A stretch of 64,000 nucleotides of DNA from the human T2T-CHM13v2.0 reference genome, Homo sapiens: the NCBI RefSeq assembly GCF_009914755.1, contig NC_060933.1. One strand, 5' to 3'. The notes under the pieces are model-generated. The model searched no databases. It saw nothing but the letters and a program-made list of their open reading frames with translations, and was not told the DNA's origin. Position numbers and translations under genes: made by a program. Positions 1 to 12,724 of the stretch are shown here, one piece after another. Position 1 is the first letter of the stretch; every line of letters starts with the position of its first letter.

Positions 1-40
1 CGAGTGCAGGGGAATGGAATGGAATGGAATGCAATGGAAT

Positions 41-55
41 GGAATCTTCCGGAAT
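41..55. promoter_or_regulatory. Perfect 3-unit heat-shock-element motif nGAAnnTTCnnGAAn (representative of ~42 copies; function untested)
   Basis: GGAAT-CTTCC-GGAAT matches the HSF1 consensus exactly. HSF1 binding to Sat III is established, but occupancy of this site is inferred. Confidence 0.55.
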
Positions 56-1039
56 GGAATGGAATGGAATGGAATGGAATGAAATGCAATGGATTCAACT
101 CGATTGCAATGGAATGTAATAGAATGGGATGGAATGGAATGGAATGGAATTAACCCGAATAGAATGGAATGGAATGGAATGGACCGGAATGGAACGGAAT
201 GGAATGCAATGGAATGGAATGGAATGGAATGGAACGGAATGGAATGGAATGGAGTTAACCCGAATAGAATGGAATGGAATGGAATGGAACGGAATGGAAC
301 GGAATGGAATGGAATGGAATGGAATGGAATGGTATGGAATGGAATGGAATGGTACGGAATAGAATGGAATGGAACGAATTGTAATGGAATGGAATTGAAT
401 GGAATGGAATGGAATGGAATGGAATCAACGCGAGTGCAGGGGAATGTAATGGAACGGAATGCAATGGAATGGAATCATCCGGAATGGAATGGAATGGAAT
501 GGAATGGAATTGAATGGAATGGAAACAACCAGAATGGATTGGAATATAATGGAGTGTAAGGGAATTGAATAGAATCAATCTGAATGTAATGAAATGGAAT
601 GGAACGGAATGGAATGGAATGGAATGGAATCGAATGGAATGGAATGGAATGGAATCAACCCGAGTGCAATGGAATGGATTCGAATGGAATGGAATGGAGT
701 GGAATGGATTCAACCCGAATGGAATGGAAAGGAATGGAATCAACCCGAGTGGAATGGCATGGAATGGAATGGAATGGAATGGAATGGAATGGAATGGTTC
801 GGAATAGAATGGATTGGAACAAAATGGAATGGAATGGAATGGAATGGAATGGAATGGAATCAAGTCGATTGCAATGGAATAGAATGGAATGGAATGGAAC
901 GGATTGGAATGGAATGGAATGGAATGGAATGGAATTAAATGGAATGGAAAGGAATGTAATCAACCCGAGTACAGGGGAAAGGAATGGAATGGAATGCAAT
1001 GGAATGGAATGGAATGGAATGGAACGGAATGGAATGGAA

Positions 1040-2220
1040 TGGAATCAACCCGAGTGGAATGGCATGGAATGGAATGCAATGGAATGGAATGGAATGGAAT
1101 CAACTCGAGTGGAAAGGAATGGAATGGAATGGAAAGGAATGGAATGAAATCAACTCGAGTGGAATGGAATGGAATGGAATGGATTGGAATGGATTGCAAT
1201 GGAATGAAATGGAATGCAATGGAATGGAATCAATCATTCTGAGTGGAATGGAAGGGAATGTAATGGAGTGGAAAGAAGGGAATGGAATCAACCGGAGTAG
1301 AATGCAAGGCAATGGAATGGAATGGAAAGGAATGGAGTGGAATCAACCCGATTGCAATGGAATGGAATGGAATGGAAAGGAAAGGAATGGAATGAAATGG
1401 AATGCAATGGAATGCAATGGAATGGAATCAACCCGAGTGGAATGGAATGGAAAGGACTGGAATGGAATGGAATGGAATGCAATAAACTCGAAAGTAATGG
1501 AATGTAATGGAATGGAATGGAATGGAATGGAATCAACTTGATTGGAATGGAATGGAATGGAATGGAATGGAATGGAATGGAATGGAATCATCCGGAATGG
1601 AATTTAATGGAATGGAATGCAAAGCAATGGAATCAACTCGATTGCAATGGAATGGAATGGAATGGAAAGGAATAGAATGGAATCAACCCGAGTGGAATGG
1701 AATGGAGTGGAATGGAATGGAATGGAATGGAATCAACCCGAGTGCAATGGAATGGATTGGAATGGAATGGAATGGAATGGAACAACCCGAATGGAATGGA
1801 ATGTAATGGAGAGTAAGGGAGTTGAATAGAATCAATCCGAATGTAATGGAGTGGAATGCAACGGAATGGAATGGAATGGAATGCAATGGAATGGAATGCA
1901 AAGGAATGGAATCAACCCGAGTGGAATGGCATGGAATGGAATGCAATGGATTGGAATGGAATGGAATCAACTCGAGTGGAAAGGAATGGAATGGAATGGA
2001 AAGGAATGGAATGAAGTCAACTCGAGTGGAATGGAATGGAATGGAATGGATTGGAATGGATTGCAATGGAATGAAATGGAATGGAATGGAATGGAATCAA
2101 TCATTCCGAGTGGAATGGAAGGGAATGTAATGGAGTGGAAAGAAGGGAATGGAATCAACCCGAGTGGAATGCAAGGCAATGGAATGGAATGGAAAGGAAT
2201 GGAATGGAATCAACTCGATT
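1040..2220 (+). repeat. Two copies (offset 867) of a rare ~310-bp module containing CAACTCGAGT x2, CAATCATTCYGAGT, GGAAAGAAGGG and GCAAGGC
   Basis: ORF pair 1100..1312 / 1967..2179. The module reappears only at ~43045-43350 and ~58666-58971. Confidence 0.85.
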
Positions 2221-4672
2221 GCAATGGAATGGAATGGAATGGAATGGAATGGAATGGAATGGAATTAACCGGAATAGAATGGAATGGAATGGAATGGAAC
2301 GGAATGGAATGGAATGGAAGGGAATGGAATCAACACGAGTGCAGGGGAATGGAATGGAATGGAATGCAATGGAATGGAATCATCCGGTATGGAAAGGAAT
2401 GGAATGGAATCAACTCCATTGCAATGGAATGGAATGAAATGGAATGGAATGGAATAGAATGGAATGGAATTAACCCGAATAGAATGGAATGCAATAGAAT
2501 GGAATGCAACGGAACCGAATGGAGTGGAATGGAATGGAATGGAATCAACCCGAGTAGAATGGAAGGGAATGGAATGGAATGGAAACTAATAGAATGGAAT
2601 CAAACCGAGTGGAATGGAATGGAAAGGACTGGAATGGAAAGGAATGGAATGGAATGGAATGGAATGGAATGGAATCAACGCGAGTGCAGGGGAATGGAAT
2701 GGAATCGAATGGAATGGAATGGAATGGAATGGAATCAACTCGAGAGCAGGGGAATGTAATGGAACGGAATGCAATGGAATGGAATCATCCGGAATGGAAT
2801 GGAATGGAATGGAATGGAATCAACCCTATTGCAATGGAATGGAGAGGAATGGAATGGAATGGAATGGAACAACCCGAATGGAATGGAAGGTAATGGAGAG
2901 TAAGGGAGTTGAAAAGAATCAATCCAAATGTAATGGAATGGAATGGAACGGAATGGAATGGAATGGAATGGAATGCAATGGAATGGAATCAACCCGAGTA
3001 CAATGGAATGGAATGGAATGGAATGGAATGGAATGGAATGGAATGGAATGGAATGGAATGGAATGCAATGGAATGGAATCTTCCGGAATGGAACGGAATG
3101 GAATGGAATGGAATGGAATGGAATGGAATGGAATGGAATGCAATGTATTCAACTCGATTGCAATGGAATGGAATAGAATGGAATGGAATGGAATGGAATG
3201 GAATGGAATGGAATTAAACCGAATAGAATGGAATGGAATGGAATGGAATGCAACGGAACGGAACGGAACGGAACGGAGTGGAATGGAATGGAATGGAATT
3301 GTATGGAATGTAATGGCATGGTACGGAATAGAATGGAATGGAAAGAATTGGAATGGAATGGAATCGAATGGAATGGAATGGAATGGAATGGAATTAACCC
3401 GAGTGCAGGGGAATGTAATGGAACGGAATGCAATGGAATGGAATCATCCGGAATGGAATGGAATGGAATGGAATGGAATGGAATGGAATCAACCCGAGTG
3501 CAATGGAATGGAGTGGAACGGAATGGAATGGAATGGAACAACCCGAATGGAATGGAATGTAATGGAGAGTAAGGGAGTTGAATAGAATCAATCCGAATGT
3601 AATGGAATGGAACGGAATGGAATGGAATGGAATGGAATGGAATGGAATGGAATGGAATGGAATGAAATGGAATGGAATCAACCCGAGTACAATGGAACGG
3701 AATGGAATGGAATGTAATGTAATGGAATGGAATGGAATGGAATCAACCCGAGTGCAATGGAATGGAGAGGAATGGAATGGAATGGAATGGAAACTACCCG
3801 AATGGAATGGAATGTAATGGAGTGTAAGGGAATTGAATAGAATCAATCCGAATGGAATGGAATGCAATGGAACGGAATGTAATGTAATGGAATGGAATGG
3901 AATCAACCCGAGTGCAGGGGAATGGAATGGAATGGAATGCAATGGAATGGAATCATCCGGAATGCAATGGAATGGAATGCAATGGAATGGAATGGAATGG
4001 AATCAACCTGAGGGCAATGGAATGGAGTGAAATGGAATGGAATGGAATGGAAACAACCAGAATGGATTGGAATATAATGGAGTGTAAGGGAATTGAATAG
4101 AATCAATCTGAATGTAATGAAATGGAATGGAAAGGAATGGAATGGAATGGAATGGAATGGAATGCAATGGAATGGAATCAACCCGAGTGCAATCGAATGG
4201 AATCGAATGGAATGGAATGCAATGGAATGGATTCAACTTGAATGGAATGGAAAGAATGGAATCAACACGAGTGGAATGGCATGGATTGGAATGGAATGGA
4301 ATGGAATCAACCCGAGTACAGGGGAATGGAATGGAATGGAATGCAATGGAATGGAATCATCCGTAATGGAATGGAAAGGAATGGAATGGAATGGAATGGA
4401 ATGGAATGGAATGGAATGGAATGGAATCAACTCGATGGCAATCGAATGGAATGGAATGGAATTAACCCGAATAGAATGGAATGGAATGGAATGGAACGGA
4501 ACGGAACGGAATGAAATTGAATGGAATGGAATGGAATGGAATGGAACGGAAAGGAAGGGAATGGAATGGAATAGAATGGAATGGAATGGAATCAACGCGA
4601 GTGCAGGGGAATGGAATGGAATGGAATGCAATGGAATGGAATCTTCCGGAATGGAATGGAATGGAATGGAAT

Positions 4673-6770
4673 CAACCCGAGTGCAATGGAATGGAGTGGA
4701 ATGGAATGGAATGGAATGGAACAACCCGAATGGAATGGAATGTAATGGAGAGTAAGGGAGTTGAATAGAATCAATCCGAATGTAATGGAATGGAATGGAA
4801 CGGAATGGAATTGAATGGAATGGAATGGAATGCAATGGAATGGAATCAACCCGAGTGCAATGGAATGGAGAGGAATGGAATGGAATGGAATGGAAACTAC
4901 CCGAATGGAATGGAATGTAATGGAGTGTAAGGGAATTGAATAGAATCAATCCGAATGTACTGGAATGGAATGGAACGGAATGGAATGGAATGGAATGGAA
5001 TGGAATGGAATGCAATGGAATGGAATCAACCCGAGTGCAATTGAATGGAATTGAATGGAATGGAATGCAATGGAATGGATTCAACTTGAATGGAATGGAA
5101 AGAATGGAATCAACACGAGTGGAAGGGCGTGGATTGGAATGGAATGGAATGGAATCAACCCGAGTACAGGGGAATGGAATGGAATGGAATGCAATTGAAT
5201 GGAATCATCCGTAATGGAATGGAAAGGAATGGAATGGAATGGAATGAAATGGAATGGAATGGAATGGAATCAACTCGATTGCAATCGAATGGAATGGAAT
5301 GGGATTAACCCGAATAGAATGGAATGGAATGGAATGGAACGGAACGTAATGGAATGTAATGGAATGGAATGGAATGGAACGGAACGGAATGGAATGGAAT
5401 GGAATGGAATGGAACGGAACGGAACGGAATGGAATGGAATGGAATGGAATGCAATGGAATCAACGCGAGTGCAGGGGAATGGAATGGAATGGAATGCAAT
5501 GGAATGGAATCTTCCAGAATGGAATGGAATGGAACGGAATGGAATGAAAAGCAATGGATTCAACTCGATTGCAATGGAATGGAATAATATGGAATGGAAT
5601 GGAATGGAATGCAGTTAATCCGAATAGAATGGAATGGAATGGAATGGAACGGAATGGAACGGAATGGAATGGAATGGAATGGAATGGAATGGAATGGAAT
5701 GGTATGGAATGGAATGGAATGGTACGGAATAGAATGGAATGGAACGAATTGTAATGGAATGGAATTGAATGGAATGGAATGGAATGGAATGGAATCAACG
5801 CGATTGCAAGGGAATGTAATGGAACGGAATGCAATGGAATGGAATCATCCGGAATGGAATGGAATGGAATGGAATGGAATGGAATCAACCCGAGTGCAAT
5901 GGAATGCAGTGGAATGGAATGGAATGGAATGGAAACTACCCGAATGGAATGGAATGAAATGGAGAGTAAGGGAGTTGAATAGAATCAATCCGAATGTAAT
6001 GGAATGGAATGCAACGGAATGTAATGGAATGGAATGGAATGGAATGCAATGGAATGGAATCAACCCGAGTACAATGGAATGGAATGGAATGGAATGGAAT
6101 GCAATGGAATGGAATGGAATGGAATGGATTGGAATACATTGAAACCGAATGGAATGGAAAGGAATGGAATCAACACGAGTGGAATGGAAAGGAATGGAAT
6201 GGAATGGAATGGCATGGAATGGAATGGAATGATACGGAATAGAATGGAATGGAAAGAAATGGAATGGAATGGAATGGAATGGAATGGAGTGGAATGGAAT
6301 GGAATCGTTCCGAGTGGAATAGCAGGGAATGTATTCGAGTGGAATGGAAAGGAATGGAATCAACCAGAGTAGAATGGAAGGGAATGGAATGGAATGGAAA
6401 CTAATAGAATGGAATCAACCCGAGTGGAATGGAATGGAAAGGACTGGAATGGAAAGGAATGGAATGGAATGGAATGGAATGGAATGGAATGGAATGGAAT
6501 CAACGCGAGTGCAGGGGAATGGAATGGAATGGAATGGAATGGAATGGAATGGAATGGAATGGAATGGAATGGAATGGAATGGAATGGAATAAACCCGAGT
6601 GCAGGGGAATGTAATGGAACGGAATGCAATGGAATGGAATCATCCGGAATGGAATGGAATGGAATGGAATGGAATCAACCCGAGTGCAATGGAATGGAGT
6701 GGAATGGAATGGAATGGAATGGAACAACCCGAATGGAATGGAATGTAATGGAGAGTAAGGGAGTTGAATA
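4673..6770 (+). repeat. ~2.1-kb segment with a more diverged partner at ~10290-12410 (offset ~5.62 kb)
   Basis: Shared private words AATGTACTGG (4954/10571), GGGATTAACC (5301/10928) and TAGCAGGGAA (6320/11951). ORF pairs 5199/10826 and 6329/11960. Confidence 0.8.
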
Positions 6771-7494
6771 GAATCAATCCGAATGTAATGGAATGGAATA
6801 GAACGGAATGGAATTGAATGGAATGGAATGGAATGGAATGGATTGGAGTCAACCCGAGTGCAATGGAAAGGAGAGGAATGGAATGGAATGGAATGGAAAC
6901 TACCCGAATGTAATGGAATGTAATGGAGTGTAAGGGAATTGAATAGAATCAATCCGAATGTAATGGAATGGAATGGAATGGAATGCAGTGGAATGGAATG
7001 GAATGGAATCAACCCGAGTGCAATGGAATGGAGTGAAATGGAATGGAATGGAATGGAAACAACCAGAATGGATTGGAATATAATGGAGTGTAAGGGAATT
7101 GAATAGAATCAATCTGAATGTAATGAAATGGAATGGAACGGAATGGAATGTAATGGAATGGAATGGAATGCAATGGAATGGAATCAACCCGAGTGCAATC
7201 AAATGGAATCGAATGGAATGGAATGCAATGGAATGGATTCAACTTGAATGGAAAGGAAAGAATGGAATCAACACGAGTGGAATGGCATGGATTGGAATGG
7301 AATGGAATGGAATCAACCCGAGTACAGGGGAATGGAATGGAATGGAATGCAATCCAATGGAATCATCAGTAATGGAATGGAAAGGAATGGAAAGGACTGG
7401 AATGGAATGGAATGGAATGGAATGGAATGGAATCAACTCGATTGCAATCGAATGGAATGGAATGGAATTAACCCGAATAGAATGGAATGCAATG

Positions 7495-10245
7495 GAATGG
7501 AACGGAACGGATTGGAATGGAATGGAATGGAATGGAATGGAACGGAAAGGAATGGAATGGAATGGAACGGAATGGAATGGAATGGAATGGAATCAACGCG
7601 AGTGTAAGGGAATGGAATGGAATCGAATGGAATGGAAAGGAATGGAATGGAATCAACCCGAGTGCAGGGGAATGTAATAGAACGGAATGCAATGGAATGG
7701 AATCATCCGGAATGGAATGGAATGGAATGGAATGGAATCAACCCGAGTGCAATGGAATGGAGTGGAATGGAATGGAATGGAATGGAACAACCCGAATGGA
7801 ATGGAATGTAATGGAGAGTAAGGGAGTTGAAAAGAATCAATCCGAATGTAATGGAATGGAATGGAACGGAATGGAATGGAATGGAATGGAATGGAATAGA
7901 ATGTAATGGAATGGAAAGAACCCGAGTACAATGGAATGGAATGGAATGGAATGGAATGGAATGGAATGGAATGGAATGGAATGCAATGGAATGGAATCTT
8001 CCGGAATGGAATGGAATGGAATGGAATGCAATGGATTCAACCCGATTGCAATGGAATGGAATAGAATGGAATGGAATGGAATGGAATGGAATGGAATGGA
8101 ATGGAATTAAACAGAATAGAATGGAATGGAATGGAATGGAACGGAACAGAACAGAACGAAACGGAAAGGAGTGGAATGGAATGGAATGGAATTGTATGGA
8201 ATGGAATGGAATGGTACGGAATAGAATGGAATGGAAAGAATTGGAATGGAATGGAATCGAATGGAATGGAATGGAATGGAATGGAATCAACCCGAGTGCA
8301 GGGGAATGTAATGGAACGGAATGCAATGGAATGGAATCATCCGGAATGGAATGGAATGGAATGGAATGGAATGGAATGGAATGGAATGGAATGGAATCAA
8401 CCTGAGCGCAATGGAATGGAGTGAAATGGAATGGAATGGAATGGAGACAACCAGAATGGATTGGAATATAATGGAGTGTAAGGGAATTGAATAGAATCAA
8501 TCAGAATGTAATGAAATGGAATGGAACGGAATGGAATGGAATGTAATGGAATGGAATGGAATGCAATGGAATGGAATCAACCCGAGTGCAATCGAATGGA
8601 ATCGAATGGAATGGAATGCAATGGAATGGATTCAACTTGAATGGAATGGAAAGAATGGAATCAACACGAGTGGAATGGCATGGATAGGAATGGAATGGAA
8701 TGGAATCAACCCGAGTATAGGGGAATGGAATGGAATGCAATGCAATGGAATGGAATTATCCGTAATGGAATGGAAAGGAATGGAATGGAATGGAACGGAA
8801 TGGAATGGAATGGAATCAACTCGATTGCAATCGAATGGAATGGAATGGAATTAACCCGAATAGAATGGAATGGAATGGAATGGAACGGAACGGAATGGAA
8901 TGGAATGGAATGGAATGGAATGGAATGGAATGGGACGGAAAGGAAGGGAATAGAACGGAATAGAAAGGAATGGAATGGAATCAACGCGAGTGCAGGGGAA
9001 TGGAATGGAATGGAATGCAATGGAATGGAATCTTCCGGAATGGAATGGAATGGAATGGAATGGAATGGAATCAACCCGAGTGCAATGGAATGGAGTGGAA
9101 TGGAATGGAATGGAAGGGAACAACCCGAATGGAATGGAATGGAATGGAGAGTATGGGAGTTGAATAGAATCAATCCGAATGTAATGGAATGGAATGGAAC
9201 GGAATGGAATTGAATGGAATGGAATGGAATGCAATGGAAAGGAATCAACCCGAGTGCAATCGAATGGAGAGAAATGGAATGGAATGGAATGGAAACTACC
9301 CGAATGGAATGGAATGTAATGGAGTGTAAGGGAATTGAATAGAATCAATCCGAATGTAATGGAATGGAATGGAACGGAATGGAATGGAATGGAATGGAAT
9401 GGAATGGAATGGAATGCAATGGAATGGAATCAACCCGAGTGCAATCGAATAGAATTGAATGGATTGGAATGCAATGGAATGGATTCAACTTGAATGGAAT
9501 GGAAAGAATGGAATCAACACGAGTGGAATGGCATGGATTGGAATGGAATGGAATGGAATCAACCCGAGTACAGGGGAATGGAATGGAATGGAATGCAATG
9601 GAATGGAATCATCCGTAATGGAATGGAAAGGAATGGAATGGAATGGAATGGAATGGAATGGAATGGAATCAACTCGATTGCAATCGAATGGAATGGAATG
9701 GAATTAACCCGAATAGACTGGAATGGAATGGAATGGAACGGAACGTAATGGAATGGAATGGAATGGAATGGAATGGAACGGAACGGAATGGAATGGAATG
9801 GAATGGAATGGAATGGAATGGAATCAACGCGAGTGCAGGGGAATGGAATGGAATGGAATGCAATGGAATGGAATGGATTGCAATGGAATGGAATCTTCCG
9901 GAATGGAATGGAATGGAATGGAATGGAATGGAATGAAATGCAATGGATTCAACTCGATTGCAATGGAATGGAATAGAATGGAATGGAATGGAATGGAATG
10001 GAATGGAATTAATCCGAATAGAATGGAATGGAATGGAATGGAACGGAATGGAACGGAACAGAATGGAATGGAATGGAATGGAATGGAATGGAATGGTATG
10101 GAATGGAATGGAATGGTACGGAATAGAATGGAATGGAACGAATTGTAATGGAATGGAATTGAATGGAATGGAATGGAATGGAATGGAATGGAATGGAATC
10201 AACGCGAGTGCAGGGGAATGTAATGGAACCGAATGCAATGGAATG
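7495..10245 (+). repeat. ~2.75-kb near-identical segment, copy 1 (partner ~12725-15445)
   Basis: ORF pairs 7617/12823 (offset 5206), 8501/13712, 9364/14575 (5211) and 10163/15364 (5201). Shared private words GAGTATGGGAG, AATAGACTGG and TAATGGAACCGAAT. Confidence 0.9.
8821..8834. repeat. 14-bp perfect palindrome TCGATTGCAATCGA (representative of several dozen copies)
   Basis: Equal to its own reverse complement. Also at 5275, 7438, 17521, 30171, 33751, 39184, 39424, 50171 and others. Confidence 0.9.
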
Positions 10246-12724
10246 GAATCATCCGGAATGGAATGGAATGGAATGGAATGGAATGGAATCAACCCGAGTG
10301 CAATGGAATGGAGTGGAATGGAATGGAATGGAATGGAAAAACCCGAATGGAATGGAATGTAATGGAGAGTAAGGGAGTTGAATAGAATCAATCCGAATGT
10401 AATGGAATGGAATGGAACGGAATGGAATTGAATGGAATGGAATGGAATGCAATGGAATGGAATCAACCCGAGTGCAATGGAATGGAGAGGAATGGAATGG
10501 AATGGAATGGAAACTACCCGAATGGAATGGAATGTAATGGAGTGTAAGGGAATTGAATAGAATCAATCCGAATGTACTGGAATGGAATGGAACGGAATGG
10601 AATTGAATGGAATGGAATGGAATGGAATGGAATGCAATGGAATGGAATCAACCCGAGTGCAATCGAATGGAATCGAATGGAATGGAATGCAATGGAATGG
10701 AATCAACTTGAATGGAATGGAAAGAATGGAATCAACACGAGTGGAATGGCATGGATTGGAATGGAATGGAATGGAATCAACCCGAGTACAGGGGAATGGA
10801 ATGGAATGGAATGGAATGCAATTGAATGGAATCATCCGTAATGGAATGGAAAGGAATGGAATGGAATGGAATGAAATGGAATGGAATGGAATGGAATCAA
10901 CTCGATTGCAATCGAATGGAATGGAATGGGATTAACCCGAATAGAATGGAATGGAATGGAATGGAACGGAACGTAATGGAATGTAATGGAATGGAATGGA
11001 ATGGAATGGAATGGAATGGAACGGAACGGAACGGAATGGAATGGAATGGAATGGAACGGAACAGAATGGAATGGAATGGAATGGAATGGAATGGAATGGA
11101 ATCAACGCGAGTGCAGGGGAATGGAATGGAATGGAATGCAATGGAATAGAATCTTCCGGAATGGAATGGAATGGAATGGAATGGAATGGAATGAAATGCA
11201 ATGGATTCAACTCGATTGCAATGGAATGGAATAGAATGGAATGGAATGGAATGGAATGGAATTAATCCGAATGGAATGGAATGGAGTGGAACGGAATGGA
11301 ACGGAATGGAATGGAATGGAATGGAATGGAATGGTATGGAATAGAATGGAATGGTACGGAATAGAATGGAATGGAACAAATTGTAATGTAATGGAATTGA
11401 AAGGAATGGAATGGAATGGAATGGAATCAACGCGAGTGCAGGGGAATGTAATGGAACGGAATGCAATGGAATGGAATCATCCGGAATGGAATGGAATGGA
11501 ATGGAATGGAATGGAATGGAATGGAATGGAATCAACCCGAGTGCAACGGAATGGAGTGGAATGGAATGGATTGGAATGGAACAACCCGAATGGAATGGAA
11601 TGAAATGGAGAGTAAGGGAGTTGAATAGAATCAATCCGAATGTAATGGAATGGAATGCAACGGAATGTAATGGAATGGAATGGAATGGAATGCAATGGAA
11701 TGGAATCAAACCAAGTACAATGGAATGGAATGGAATGGAATGGAATGGAATGGAATGGAATGGAATGGAATGGATTGGAATACCTTCAAACCGAATGGAA
11801 TGGAAAGGAATGGAATCAACACGAGTGGAATGGAATGGAATGGAATGGAATGGAATGGCAAGGAATGGAATGGAATGATACGGAATAGAATGGAATGGAA
11901 CGAAATGGAATGGAATGGAATGGAATGGAATGGAATCGTTCCGAGTGGAATAGCAGGGAATGTATTCGAGTGGAATGGAAAGGAATGGAATCAACCAGAG
12001 TAGAATGGAAGGGAATGGAATGGAATGGAAACTAACAGAATGGAATCAACCGAATGGAATGGAATGGAAAGGACTGGAATGGAAAGGAATGGAATCGAAT
12101 GGAATGGAATGGAATGGAATGGAATGGAATGGAATCAACGCGAGTGCAGGGGAATGGAATGGAATGGAATGGAATGGAATGGAATGGAATGGAATGGAAT
12201 GGAATGGAATCAACCTGAGTGCAGGGGAATGTAATGGAACGGAATGCAATGGAATGGAATCATCCGGAATGGAATGGAATGGAATGGAATGGAATGGAAT
12301 GGAATGGAATGGAATCAACCCGAGTGCAATGGAATGGAGTGGAATGGAATGGAGTGGAATGGAACAACCCGAATGGAATGGAATGTAATTGAGAGTTAGG
12401 GAGTTGAAAAGAATCAATCCGAATGTAATGGAATGGAATGCAACGGAACGGAATGGAATGGAATGGAATGGAATGGAATGGAATGGAATGGAATGGAATG
12501 GAAAGCAATGGAATGGAATCAACCCGAGTACAATGGAATGGAATGGAATGGAATGGAATGGAATGGAATGGAATGGAATGGAATGGAATGCAATGGAATG
12601 GAATCTTCCGCAATGGAATGGAATGGAATGGAATACAATGGATTCAACTCGATTGCAATGGAATGGAATAGAATGGAATGGAATGGAATGGAATGGAATT
12701 AAACCGAAGAGAATGGAATGGAAT

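Noticed and set aside
5-30. G-quadruplex potential at GCAGGGGAAT words
   Set aside because: G3-4 tracts are isolated and not clustered in fours. GGAAT strands are known to favour G-A mismatch hairpins, a generic property not specific to this window.
1808-1825. GTAAGG in the recurrent GGAGAGTAAGGG word as a splice donor
   Set aside because: The exonic match is weak, and the + strand has no polypyrimidine tract or acceptor anywhere.
6301-6315. GGAATCGTTCCGAGT (module E) as another heat-shock element
   Set aside because: GAA and TTC are 3 bp apart rather than 2, and there is no in-phase third unit.
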